Position numbers and translations under genes: made by a program. DNA of 64,000 bases, taken from the NCBI GenBank assembly GCA_964106915.2, contig OZ066923.1; one strand, given 5' to 3'. Positions 26,311-38,764 of the stretch are shown here, piece after piece. Numbering within the stretch: the stretch's first letter is position 1; each line of letters opens with the position of its first letter. The stretch is from Podarcis gaigeae. Its lineage: Eukaryota. The notes beneath the pieces were generated by a model. It had not been told where the DNA came from. It ran no database searches and saw nothing but the letters and a program-made list of their open reading frames with translations.

Positions 26311-27142
26311 CAGGATAAGTTATAAGAAAAATACTGTATCCTCCTTTGTACAGTTCTTCAGATTGCTGCCTGAAGTGAAACAGAACATTGCAGCATGGAG
26401 TTAATATATCTCATAAGGAAGTTCTGCATCATAAACAACTATGAAAAAGACTCTCTTCAAAGGTTGCAGCTTCTCCATGTTTTCTAGAGTCTATTTCCGC
26501 TCATACAGCTAAAAGTTCTAGTTTCTTACTTCCGATCTTGTGTTTTTGGAGAAGTTTTAATTTTCTGCTTTTATAATTCGAGCTATCAACATTTACCCAA
26601 ACAACTACTAAATTGACAAGTTCATATAATACCTACCAGGAGGAGTTGACCATTCAATAGTCCTATAACATACTGAGTGGTGCTTTTGCACTGGTCAGAA
26701 GATCAATCAATCAATCAATCAATTAATTAATTAATTAATGTTGTGGGGTCTAGTAAGCTCTGTAAAAATATTCTGTGGAGCTGGAAGTAAATTACTGTCC
26801 AAATAGAGACTGAAAAGCCATTTAATGCAAATTTCTGTAGAATTGGATTATCAAGTTCATAGGACACAATTCTGCCAATGTATATTGTATTGATTTTGGT
26901 GTGGGATCATGCACTTAAACATCTCTTTAAATGAACAGGGCTTATGGTTAATATTGGCAGAATTGTGACATATGGCTTGAATCCAGACCTCTTGTAACCC
27001 TTGGCTTTAAAGGAATTTGCCTTATTTCAGAAAGGGAGATTGTTGTACAGACGCATCCTGCATATTTAGCTGATCATCTCCATCATCCCAACCACATTGA
27101 ATTGGATGCATCTTTTGTTGTTCATAAGGATAAGCATCCTTA

Positions 27143-27292
27143 TTTGGAAGGTACTCCGAGGGTCATCTAGTCCAACTCCCTGCAATGCAGGAATCTCAGA
27201 TCATATGTGACAGGTGGCCATCCAAACTCTGCTTAGAAACCTCCAAGGAAGGAGAGTCCACCACCTCTTGTGGCAGTCTGTTCCACTGAACA
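27143..27292 (-). mobile_element. CR1 3' fragment
   Basis: ttggaagg...ggtcatctagtccaactccctgcaatgcaggaat...ctccaaggaaggagagtccaccacct. Confidence 0.7.
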
Positions 27293-28387
27293 TCAATTAC
27301 TGGCATTTGCAGTTGCAGAAGGAATGGCCGTTCCAGAGTTGGTATAGACACCAATACTTCACTACTATACTACTACAGTATAATCAAATTACTTCATGAA
27401 TTCCTGCTACCATGATTTTTAGAAAGCAGTGACAAGTATTTGAGAGCTGTGGTCACAACTGTTCAGGAAGGTGTTGATTTCCAGTGACCCATTGCAGCTC
27501 CAGCAAGGCAACTGATGGCATCAGCTACCATATTACTGATTAAAATCAATTGGCTTCATCCCATTTTGGGGTAGCAGACCACGTAAACTGGCACGCATTT
27601 CTGCAGAATATTGAATGTTACCCAGTTAATGTTCTTTCTAGCAGTGGAGCTTTAAACTCCTCCACTGCTCACCAGTCCTGGGGAAGAAACGCCAAATCTA
27701 ATGCATGGTCTGTCCATGTATGGGTCCTTTGGTATATTGGGGCAGCCTCTTCAGTTATCTTGGTGACTCTGAAACACTGAGCTGCTGCAACCAGAGGGGC
27801 CACAGCATGAATGTTGATCTCCCAGCAGCCTGGGGCTCTACTCCAAATCAGTGGCTTCAGTCTTCTTGGTAAGGGTGCATTCTAGGCAGTGGGATAGGTA
27901 TATTTGTCAGAATTGTCAACTTTCAGTGACAAGTGTGTGATTCTCATTCCTCTGTGCCTTGCAAAACATGCTGAAGTCTTCTGACAGGAATGAACTGCGT
28001 CTCTGCTGAACAAATGCAAAGCATTGATGCCCAGCAGCTAGGCAAGCTCACCTCTCATTCAGAAGCTTTTTCCTGGCATTGCAGAAACAGGCCTCTGTCA
28101 GTACTGAGAACAATGGAACAGTGATTCACTAGATTTGTTAGTGCTCCCAGCAGCTCCTTTATATTCAGTGCAGTGCATTCCTGGTTTATCTGTCCTTAGC
28201 TGCCTGGAGAGGCAGAGCTGTGAACACCCTGACCAGTTAAAGATCTGGATCCTACATCTATCTGAGATGGAAATCTGTCTCTGAGCTACACCAGTTCATG
28301 CTTCAGATGGAAATTTGCATAAGTGAATGCTTCTCTACACACAAGTTTTTGCATGTACAAAATTAGCGTGTTGGGTAGAACTTGGCT

Positions 28388-28530
28388 CATAGAATCAATA
28401 GTAGAGTTGGAAGGGAACACAAGGGTCATCTAGCCCAGCCCCCTGCAATGAAGGAATATTTTGCCCAGTGTGGGGCTCAAACCCACAACCCTGAGATTAA
28501 GAGTCTTATGCTCTACCAGCTGAGCTATTG
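28388..28530 (-). mobile_element. tRNA-Lys-headed, CR1-tailed short SINE
   Basis: Minus strand: tagctcagctggtagagcataagactcttaatctcagggttgtgggtttgagccccacactgggc (tRNA-Lys CTT-like), then a CR1-type tail ending ...ccttccaactctactattgattctatg. Confidence 0.8.
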
Positions 28531-31220
28531 CAGACTCCTGGGGGGAGAGAGCACACTGCCTGGAGTTTTTCCATGTTGTGGGCAGTTTTTCTTTTTAAGT
28601 TGTGAACCATGGCAAATCGCTTTTGAGGTTGTTGCTGCTTTTACAATCAGTTGGAATCTGAATTTTATTAACGAAATAAACACAGTACCTGCTGCAGCAG
28701 GGGTTCTAGTGTGCCTTTAATCAGGGTAAAGTGCCCTCCCTATCCGGTTTCCCCCTCCTTTCTTTTTTAAGGATGGAAAAGTACAACAAAGATGGGTAGG
28801 TTGTGGGGGGTTTGTTTTGGTAACTGTGCTTCAGGGGCTTTGTCTGTTGCTCCAAGAATTATGGCAAGAGTTTCATAACAATTAACGACACAGGGCAATT
28901 TCAATTAGTATAGCTTGGGAAATTGCCCAATATTTTTGCATATGTTAGGAATGTTGTCCCATTAAACTTGGTAGATGGTGCACCAATGGTAGTGGAAGTT
29001 GATAAAGCTGGTCCTTGAGCATGAGTTTTTTTATGGGGGGTTGCAGCTTTTTGGTTTAAGAAAGATTCTAGTTGGAATTAAGTGGGACAAAAGGAACCTG
29101 TGTGGTGTAGACCTTGTTCGAGTCATGTTCTCTCAGCCTGGTGTGTGTGTGTGGTGTTGGAGATGGGAAAACCATGCCCTTCAAAGAAGGGTGGTTGATA
29201 ACATTGTTTTATTTCATTTTTAAGATAAGTTGAGAGAGGGTGAGATGGGGATTCCAGGAAGGCGGAAAAGCATGAGAGCGTTGTGAGAAGTTACATGCCA
29301 CAAGTAAAAAGGGAAAAGCTGGGACTAAGAGAGAGAGAGGGATACACCAAAGAGGCATTTAAAAGAATAGTTTCAGGCTTTGTGGTTTGGTGCTACAAAC
29401 AGCACAAAGGCTGAGAGAAATAGAGCATTAAGTGGATTACAGTTGGAAGCAAGTAGAGAAAAGGGCACAGAAATAAAACTGTCAAACAAGAGCAATGGAA
29501 AAGGCAAGAAAGGTTGAGCGGAGATTGGAAATCTTACCACTCCAATGGAACAAAGAACTAAATGTTGCTGTAATTGGCTGCTAAGCTGTATGAAACCATC
29601 CGCTGTTCTGGTCTTCTAAATTTACTGTTGTTTTTTAGTACCTGAACCAACTCACTCCATGAGAGAGAAATACATTCCGGATAGAGTAGAAATATAATAT
29701 AATACCCCTTATTGCCAGAAGTATGACAGCACACTTCTAGAAGAGTAAAGGAGGTTTTCCCCCCCCCATATTGTGGTGTTGTAGAAGGATCTGGGCAAGC
29801 AGCTCTTCTGAGAAATTAACACAGCAAAGTGGATTGGACAGGGGAGAAACTATAAACAGTACAAATGTCTAGTCACTTGGTTCCCTTGAATAACATGTGC
29901 TAATTATAATCAAGAAAAAGTTCAACCCTGCTTCTTGCAGGTGTCATTTTGAGAGAGCCTCACCCAAGTATTTTCTCCTGAATTTAGTACAATTAACCTC
30001 AATTATCAAATGAGTCTTGTATGTGTATTGCATGAGAGATAGTAAGATATAATTATGTTAGTATTAACTTTTTAAAAATGCATATCTTTTTAAAAAACAC
30101 TATACAGTTTATGCTTGTGGAGTAAAAATGTATGGTATTTTCAGTTGAAGTGAACAAGGTGGTGGCATTCTGTTGTATATAAATCAGGCTTCAAGCTCAA
30201 TCATGCTTGTATTTCTTTTAGGCTCCATATTAACAGAGATTCATTAGCATTTCTGCAATGAGGATAACCTGTCTAACTTGTCTGAATGCTTAAAAAACCA
30301 CAGAATTATTTATGCTGCAGCATGTGGCATTTTTAAAGGTCTGAAGTAAATGGACCTTGTGATGCAGTACTTTACGGGTTTTGTCAATATGAAGTAACGT
30401 GAGAACGACCTTAGCAGATAATTAGATCAAGATTTGACTGATGATATTTGGCTGCCCATCTGTGGGTACAAGTCAAACATTTCAGAGCATGACTTGTGAA
30501 ACGGCTAAAGAGTAGTCGTTACCTGTTGCAAACACATGCAGAGATTTTGGTAGCAAAAATAACAAAGTTTTGATTTGTAAGAAATACATAACTTGGATAG
30601 AAAAGCCATATAAAACATTCCTGGAGTTGATCATTCTCACCACTACAACTTCCGTGCAAATGTAGGAACATCTATCATTGTTAGAGCTCCCTTTCCATTT
30701 AAGACTGTCCACTTGCGGACACACCACTTGATAAAAGAGGGAATGATTTAAAAAGTGATAGTTCCAAGTAATGGGTAACAGAGAGCTCAGAAGTCCCCCA
30801 TAGATTCTAAAGTCACTTCTGCTTTCTCCATCATCAGTCTTTGTTAAACAGCCCTTTGTCAGACCTTTTTATTGCTTGTTTGTAATAAATTAAGTTTGTT
30901 ACACCCCCTCCATCTGCTACGTAATCCAAATACTATTTAGATTAGTTATCTGAGGAACATGTGATTTGTGTGTTCCGGGTGTGCATTTCCCATTTGTTGA
31001 ATGTAACAGTAAAGGGCAGGCAGTTAGCCTTCACCTTGGAGCAAGGGACCAGTATCTGCCTGCTACATGCAGCAAAAGGTGTGCAAATGAAAAACCTACT
31101 TCCACTACAGCTGAGCCTACAAAAGGTATGATTTCCTTAACTTGTGCCACTAAGCTAGCATGCACATCTGTGATTTAGGACTGTGGGGAGTGCTATTTGC
31201 CTTTCTAGCTTGATATAAGG

Positions 31221-31454
31221 CATGGGTAGGCAAACTAAGGCCCAGGGGCCAGATCTTTCTAAATCCCGGGGATGGTCCAGGAATCAGCGTGTTTTTACAT
31301 GAGTAGAATGTGCCCTTTTATTTAAAATGCATCTCTGGGTTATTTGTGGGGCATAGGAATTCATTCACCGCCCCCCAAAAAATATAGTCCAGCCCCCCAC
31401 AAGGTCTGAGGGGCAGTGGACTGGCCCCCTGCTGGAAAAGTTTGCTGACCCCTG
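31221..31454 (+). mobile_element. Non-autonomous hAT element
   Basis: TIRs catgggtaggcaaact / agtttgctgacccctg; perfect 8-bp TSD ATATAAGG. Confidence 0.88.
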
Positions 31455-31566
31455 ATATAAGGAATAGTCTCTGAACTCCTGAGCATTTCAGCATTGCTTA
31501 TTTTTCATAAGATGGCAGATTCTAGCCCTTGAGACCATGGAGAAGTTTCTGATGGCTGCTGACTTA

Positions 31567-31909
31567 AAGGTAAAGGTACCCCTGACCATTAGGTCCAGTC
31601 GCGGATGACTCTGGGGTTGTGCGCTCATCTCACTCTATAGGCCGAGGGAGCTGGCGTTTGTCCGCAGACAGCTTCCGGGTCATGTGGCCAGCATGACTAA
31701 GCCACTTCTGGCGAACCGGAGCAGCGCACGGAAACGCTGTTTACCTTCCCACCTATTTATCTACTTGCACTTTGATGTGCTTTTGAACTGCTAGGTTGGC
31801 AGGAGCAGAGACCGAGCAACGGGAGCTCACCCCGTTGCGGGGATTCGAACTGCCGACCTTCTGATCGGCAAGCCCTAGGCTCTGTGGTTTAGACCACAGC
31901 GCCACCCGC
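31567..31909 (-). mobile_element. Sauria SINE nested in a CR1 remnant
   Basis: 12-bp TSD GCTGCTGACTTA; the flanks rejoin as the CR1 3' sequence gatggctgctgacttagatagctttgaaagatgactggacaaatt. Confidence 0.93.
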
Positions 31910-32713
31910 GCTGCTGACTTAGATAGCTTTGAAAGATGACTGGACAAATTAATGGATGAAAGGGCTATTGATGGCTACTAACTATGATGGAAACGTTATG
32001 GAAAAAAAATGTTTTGATATCGCAAAAGATTTCTGATCCATATTATGTGTTTGAGTTTTGTGTTTGAATGTTTATTGTCACTGAGCACGGTATTATGGTA
32101 GCCTCTAGCCCTGAGTAACTGCAAACAGACCGAGAACAGAAACATACAATAAAAACAAATCCAAGGGTATTGCAAAGATAAGCAAGGTCAAAGAGAGAGA
32201 GATTAAGAATAGGTCCATACAGTTCACATCCCTGAAAATCACTTTTTTAGTATACAGGTTGTTAGAAATGAAACAGCATTCTCCCAAAGCATTAATGTAT
32301 ACTTTTCCTCTTAGGGTTGTATACAGATTTGTTTGAGAGATTACAGATTTCTAGGAATCAAGCAAATTGCTCCAATAGTGTTATACAGATACAACTGGCT
32401 GCCAAAACAAATTATGTTCTTCCTGTTAGCCTGTGAAGTGCTACTTTTGTGCTAATGCTAAGAAGTTGCTTTTCTTGGCATCTCTAGTTTCTGAAAGGAT
32501 AAACTAAATTGGATAGAACTAATGTGCTCTTGTTTACTTTTTAACAGTTCTGTATTTTCTAGATTTATTTTAGAAATTGATGGTGTTTAAAACATACTTT
32601 CAGTGCATTCGCTCTGCTTTGGTAGGACAGAACCTCAGCTCTCGTCTGCAGGGTTGTTCTGCACACATGTAAGTGGATAATATATTCATGTTTATGTAAA
32701 TTTATTCCATGTA

Positions 32714-33565
32714 GAATGCTCCAACTACCACACAATTGTGCTCATTTCACATGCTACCAAGGTTACCTCAGATATGCAGATGACACAGCCTTGATGGCAG
32801 AAAGTGAAGAGGAATTAAAGAACCTTTTAATGAGGGTGAAAGAGGAGAGCGCAAAATATGGTCTGAAGCTCAACATCAAAAAAACGAAGATCATGGTCAC
32901 TGGTCCCATAACCTCCTGGCAAATAGAAGAGGAAGAAATGAGGCAGTGAGATATTTTACTTTCTTGGGCTCCATGATCACTGCAGATGGTGTCAGCAGTC
33001 ACAAAATTAAAAGATGCCTGCTTCTTGGGAGAAAAGCAATGACAAACCTAGACAGCATCTTAAAAAGCAGAGACATCACCTTGCCGACAAAGGTCCATTA
33101 TAGTTAAAGCTATGGTTTTCCCAGTAGTGATGTATGGAAGTGAGAGCTGGACCATAAAGAAGGCTGATCGCCGAAGAATTGATGCTTTTGAATTATGGTG
33201 CTGGAGGAGACTCAAGGAAACTCAAGAGTCCCGTGGACTGCAAGAAGATCATACGCATCCATTCTTAAGGAAATCAGCCCTGAGTGCTCACTGGAAGGAC
33301 AGATCCTGAAGCTGAGGCTCCAATACTTTGGCCACCTCATGAGAAGGGAAGACACTCTGGAAAAGACCCTGGTGTTGGGAAAGACTGAGGGCACAAGGAG
33401 AAGGGGATGACAGAGGACAAGATGGTTGGACAGTGTTTTCGAAGCTACCAGCATGAGTTTGACCAAACTGTGGGAGGCAGTGGAAGACAGGAGTGCCTGG
33501 CGTGCTCTGGTCCATGGGGTCACGAAGAGTTGGACACGACTAAACAACAACAACAACAACAACAA
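32714..33565 (+). mobile_element. Bov-B (RTE clade) LINE 3' fragment
   Basis: LRYADDTALMAESEEEL, MYGSESWTIKKADRRRIDAFELWCWRR, LKLRLQYFGHLMRR, (CAA)n tail; frameshifted with an internal deletion near 32765. Confidence 0.96.
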
Positions 33566-34091
33566 ATTTCTGCTTAGTAATAAATGTATTTAATAGGGGT
33601 ATATTATACTGAAAGCTGATAGCATTTGTTTTTGTACCTGAGTACTATAAGTAATTCTGTGCTGTGTGGAGCCACCCACTACCAATATTATATATTAGTA
33701 TTATATATTTATAATATTAAATACTATATATTTATAATATTACCCCACTCACTACAAACTCACCTTACTTGTTTACCAGTTTTCACAAACCATTGCTGCA
33801 TTTGTAAAACTACTCCTGGTGGATGATATCTTGGGAAGTGCCAGATTAAAAAATTGGTCAGAGTGAAGATTTTACCTGTTTTAACTAAATTCTAGGATTC
33901 AATATTTACATGTTTGATTCTTGCCTTAAAATGCAAAGCTGTGCTGTTGCTTTTAAGTGTGAGTAATAATCTGCAGTGCAGAAAAGTCTAAAATCCACAT
34001 GAATGTGAAATAATGGAATTCTGTGTCTAGATTCGGATATGGAATTTAGTAGTTAAGTGCCTGTGAAATCTCATAGTGAATTATGGGTTAT

Positions 34092-35194
34092 TGTAGCACC
34101 CTGCTTGTGGTTAACGCTTAGCTGAAATGAAATATTCAACGCAGCAATAGAGAAATTAAAATAATAATTTATTTGTCAGACAAATAAATGAGAGGCACAG
34201 TGGTATATGGTTACCAAGCTCTGGCCTGGCCTCCTGCCATTCTGGCCAGCACTTATATTTCCTTAATCCAGCCCCCTTGCTCCTCCTTTGGCTGCCTCTG
34301 TCCAATCAGCCTGGTTGAAATTCCTATTGGCTGTTTGCTAGAACCAATCACAAAAGATACACCCATTTCCTTCTGTCCTTTTATGGAACACAAAGAGCTA
34401 TATATTCTTCCATCTATAAATGACAAATAAGTAGTAATATATCTTACATGTGTCTCAACAAGGAATCTTAATTACCAGCTCACCTCTTGCCCTCCTTGCC
34501 CTATTGCCTTCCAAAACAGATGGTTAATCTTAAATTTTTATCTTCAAGGATCTTTAGTTCACATCAACATTGAAAGATCTCCTTCATTTGAAGGTGTCTA
34601 AACAAAAAGGCCTGACAACCATATATCAGGAGTGCTCGATGGCGTCTCCTGTCTGGCAGGAGGCTGGGCTCATTTGCCCTTCTGGTCTCCTATTGCAATA
34701 TGACTCTATGAAATAAGAATCTAGCATTTCTTAAATCCTTTGCATAATTACATTTAAGCTAATATATTTCATACATTATCATAGGTAGCCTTTTAAAAGA
34801 ATTAAACCTTCTCAAAGTGAAAAGGAAGGAACAGTTTCCAGCCTCAAAATAAAAATAGAAAGAAGCTTCTTCTCCAGCCAAGCCAGTTGCCTTTTTCACT
34901 GCTCTTGGCCTTTTTAACCTTAGGAAGAAGATATGGCTCATTTTACTATTTACCAACCCTTAATTCGTAGGGTCAGTGTAACCTTGGCTCTCAGCCTGTA
35001 ATTCCCTTTTTACGACTTTGAGAATTGTTTTCTGCTATAAATCAGGGGCCCCCCTTGTCTTAGGAGGAAAAACATTGCCAAGGTTTTTTAGTCTTCTGCC
35101 TGGCATGAAACATTTGAAAATCTTTAAGCTCATTTTAAGATTCAGGCCCTGATCAAGCCTTAATAAAAATGCAGGCTTATGATTAGATGCCTCA
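34092..35194 (-). mobile_element. Solo LTR copy 3 (1103 bp)
   Basis: Reverse complement of the same family (tgtagcacc...gatgcctca), TSD TTAT on both sides. Confidence 0.9.
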
Positions 35195-36233
35195 TTATTT
35201 CTTGCTGCTTTCCCCTGACTCAAGCTCTCTCCCAGCTTACCCTGTTGCCTCCCTCTGACCTTGAGGAGGCTTCATGGCTGCAATAGGTGCCCAGAGCAGC
35301 TTCGGAGGAGAGTCTCTGAAGACCTGGTTGCTTCATATCTTGCAGTGTAGGCAAGCACACATTTAAAAATAAATTCACTTTCAACTAAAAATTACCTAAG
35401 CAGCAGAAAATTAAATTCCACAAGAAATAGGAAAGTAGGATTATATATCCTGTTGAGCAGATGCTTTATCATTTATTACCTCACCTTCCTGTTTAAACCT
35501 TATCAAAGATACTTAAGGGGATATCTTTGTTATCATTGTCTTTGTGCAAGTAACCTTGTGGAAACTTGAGGTCTTTCTCTAAGCATTGCCCTAACGTAAT
35601 TAATAGCTGAATTCTATGCATGTTGGCTTCGGAAGTTAGTTCTACTCTGTTTCAGTGGAGCTCAACTCCCACGCTAAGTGTGCATACGACTGCATAATAG
35701 CTCTCCCGCATGCTATTGCAAACTGCAGAGTAATATTTTGTCATTGTGCTCTGAATCATCATCTTGATTCCCTCTCTCTTCTATGCCCTATGAATAATTA
35801 TAATGAATTCGAATGTTGGCTCACTCAACCTTTTCTTTTTTAGTGATCCTAATTTCTCTGCTGCGAGAATGTTTTTAATTTCTCCCCTAATAAGCCATCA
35901 TTGGTACTTGCAGTTTACATCTCTTTGTAAAGTGGAAGTTGGCATTACTTGTTTAGGTAAAGCTTGTAAAAGTTTCACTGCATATCAGATAGCTGGTAGA
36001 TACTACAAAACTTGCAAAGCTACTTCTGTTTTTCTGAAGATATCCTGATAGGCTTATGTAAAATGAATTCCACAGGTAGAAGGTGGGGATTTTTTCCCTT
36101 CTAAATTATTGGCTTTAAAAAATATTTATTTCTCAGTGTATGATAGATACCTGTAAATGAACTGCTCTGGTGACTTGTAATTGTGTGTCGTTAGTGATTG
36201 CCAACAAGGAACTATTGAATGCAAATTCAAATT

Positions 36234-36310
36234 ACCGTACTTTTCCATGTATAACACGCCCCCATGTATAAGACACCCCCTATTTTTGGGGACTAAAAAT
36301 AAATGGGGGG
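36234..36310 (+). mobile_element. Tc1/mariner-like terminus (CCGTA-type), truncated
   Basis: ta|ccgtacttttccatgtataacacgcccccatgtataagacaccccc; no partner TIR found. Confidence 0.5.
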
Positions 36311-36471
36311 AGATTGCCCAGAGTTCTTGAGCTTTTTTTGCGGAGGATTGCACAGTTATTGAGCTGCAGTACTATACATGTATCCAGGAGTAAGTCCCAT
36401 TGAACTTGTGTTGCTCCTGAGTAGCCATACACATAATTGTTCTCTAACTCTTGAAGATACTCCCATTTCTC

Positions 36472-36504
<33 letters not shown>

Positions 36505-36559
36505 CATTTCCCTTCTTCTTCTTCTTCTTCTTCTTCTTCTTCTTCTTCTTCTTCTTCTT
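36472..36559. repeat. Compound microsatellite (TTG)n-(TTC)n
   Basis: Directly visible. Confidence 0.97.
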
Positions 36560-36833
36560 GCTGTTTGAGTGAATAAAATTTGCTTGGATTAGAGAGAACC
36601 CCCCTCTATCAGTCATGCTGATAGTTTTATTTCCATGGGAAGGGAAGAAGTTTAGCATGAAATAAAAAATAAAGGTTATGACTACCCTTCTGCAAGTGTG
36701 TTCTCACCCCCCCACCCCCTTCTTTTGTTAAGATTCTGAAAGACAAGAAAAAAGGCCTATGGGGCGCAAATCTACATTCTTGATCTGAACAAGAACATAG
36801 AATCATAGAATTGTAGAGTTGGATGGAATAAAC

Positions 36834-36950
36834 CAGGGGTTGACAAGGTTTACCTTGCCTGGGCCAGTTCACTTCAGCAGAGATCCCTCCGTGGGCCACA
36901 TCGCACATGCACAATTTCCAGCATCTGCATCTGCACAGACACGATTTCCC
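36834..36950 (+). mobile_element. hAT fragment related to the 18518 element
   Basis: caggggttgacaaggtttaccttgcctgggccag...cagcatctgca...cagacacgattt; right end missing. Confidence 0.7.
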
Positions 36951-36975
36951 CAGTTTATTGGGGGCTGAGCCAATA

Positions 36976-37222
36976 TAGTGGTACCTCGGGTTAAGTACTG
37001 GAGGTCCGTTCTTAACCTGAAACTGTTCTTAACCTGAAGCACCACTTTAGCTAATGGTGCCTCCAGCTCCCGCCGCGCTGTCGGAGCACAATTTCTGTTT
37101 TCATCCTGAAACAAAGTTCTTAACCTGAGGTAATATTTCTGGGTTAGTGGAGTCTGTAACCTGAAGCATATGTAACCTGAAGCATATGTAACCTGAAGCA
37201 TATGTAACCTGAGGTACCACTG
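36976..37222 (-). mobile_element. Tc1/pogo-type MITE (23399 family)
   Basis: TA-flanked TIRs; internal tgtaacctgaagcata x3. Confidence 0.9.
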
Positions 37223-37314
37223 TAGTGACATTCCATATATATTGCTCTGCTAAATTATCACATTGGGATGAATTTGGATTCTGCTTTCTTGCCTATAAGC
37301 CTTAGAAGGAGATA

Positions 37315-37558
37315 CAGAGCCAGTGTGGTGTAGTGGTTAAGAGCGGTAGTCTCGTAATCTGGGGAACCGGGTTCGCGTCTCCGCTCCTCCACATGCAGCT
37401 GCTGGGTGACCTTGGGCCAGTCACACTTCTTTGAAGTCTCTCAGCCTCACTCACCTCACAGAGTGTTTGTGGGGGAGGAAGGGAAAGGAGATTGTTAGCC
37501 GCTTTGAGACTCCTTAAAGGGAGTGAAAGGCGGGGTATCAAATCCAAACTCTTCTTCT
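37315..37558 (+). mobile_element. MIR/CORE-derived SINE (Squam3-like)
   Basis: tRNA-like head gccagtgtggtgtagtggttaagagc...gggttcg, CORE motif gggtgaccttgggccagtcac, (CTT)n tail. Confidence 0.85.
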
Positions 37559-37630
37559 AAATTCCAATAGTGATTCAGTGTCTTTTGTTTTGTCCCTCAA
37601 ATCACCTGGAAACTGTCCAAAAGATAAATA

Positions 37631-37782
37631 CAGTGGTACCTCAGGTTACAGACGCTTCAGGTTACAGACACCACAAACCCAGAAATAGTACCTCAGGTTA
37701 AGAACTTTGCTGCAAGATGAGAACAGAAATCGCGTGGTGGCAGCAGCAGGATGCCACATTAGCTAAAGTGGTGCTTCAGGTT
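37631..37782 (+). mobile_element. Tc1/pogo-type MITE, 3'-truncated
   Basis: ta|cagtggtacctcaggttacaga...gtggtgcttcaggtt. Confidence 0.85.
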
Positions 37783-38567
37783 ATATTTTGCTACTACAAA
37801 AAAAGGAAGAAAAGAAAACACCATAGTTTTCAGCAAAATGTGTTTTGTTTTTAAATTAACAATTCCAAAGGCCTATTAACATTCAGTTATTATCAGCAAA
37901 AAAAACCCTCTTTTAATTCTCATTACTTGTTCTTGGTTATGGTTTTGTTAACTGCATAGAAACTGCTCTAGTGTTTAAGTGGTATGCAGATATATGTAAA
38001 ACAAATGATTTAATTGCATGCCACTCTCACAATAGATGAATCATTAAGACTTCAAGTAGGATGGCTGCCTCAGAAAATGGGTATTATTGTCACTTCTGTG
38101 CTGTTGCTGCTGCTGCTGTTGTACCGGATAGTTTTATATGAAAGATGCAAAAACCAGTAGTGGAACACAGAATTATGAAGCATGGTAAATATCATAGTGT
38201 GTTGTGAAATCTCTTCAACATGCTTCATGGGAAGTGATTCATAAATGATATGCCTAGACTGTATAGCTTTCTTGAAAAAGTATAGGAAAGAAGAGAGCAC
38301 CTAGCCAGGAGGTTTAGAACTACTGAAGAAACATGTTATTCTGCGTCTTACTGTGTTGTATTATTTACTGAAACAATGTAGGAATATGCTCCTCTTTAAC
38401 TTGCACTAAATCTTTTCAACCAGTAGAGGTCAGTGGAGGAAATCTGTAGTAGGGTCATTACTGACTGTTCTACGCCTCCACTGCATGAAATGACTGTAGT
38501 CAAAAGCTTTCATTTCCCTCAGTTTTCTAGTATCCAGTGTTAGAATTGGCTGTATCTAATTGGAGAA

Positions 38568-38764
38568 AAAACAAAAAAAATCCTTCCAGTAGCACCTTAA
38601 AGACCAACTAAGTTAGTTCTTGGTATGAGCTTTCGTGTGCATGCACACTTCTTCTGCATGCACACGAAAGCTCATACCAAGAACTAACTTAGTTGGTCTT
38701 TAAGGTGCTACTGGAAGGATTTTTTTTGTTTTGACTATGGCAGACCAACACGGCTACCTATCTG
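38568..38764. mobile_element. Penelope-like retroelement terminal fragment forming a perfect inverted repeat
   Basis: Arms 38568-38645 and 38655-38732 (78 bp, perfect), 9-nt loop, 32-nt extension ending aacacggctacctatctg; 12-bp TSD TAATTGGAGAAA (38557-38568 and 38765-38776). Confidence 0.85.

Noticed and set aside
28460-28530. Functional tRNA-Lys gene
   Set aside because: Acceptor stem and B box are mutated and it is fused to a CR1 tail; the 60890 element is likewise a SINE head.
38568-38732. Active hammerhead ribozyme or canonical pre-miRNA
   Set aside because: The CUGANGA core is broken on both strands, and the perfect stem with a TSD points to a TE origin.
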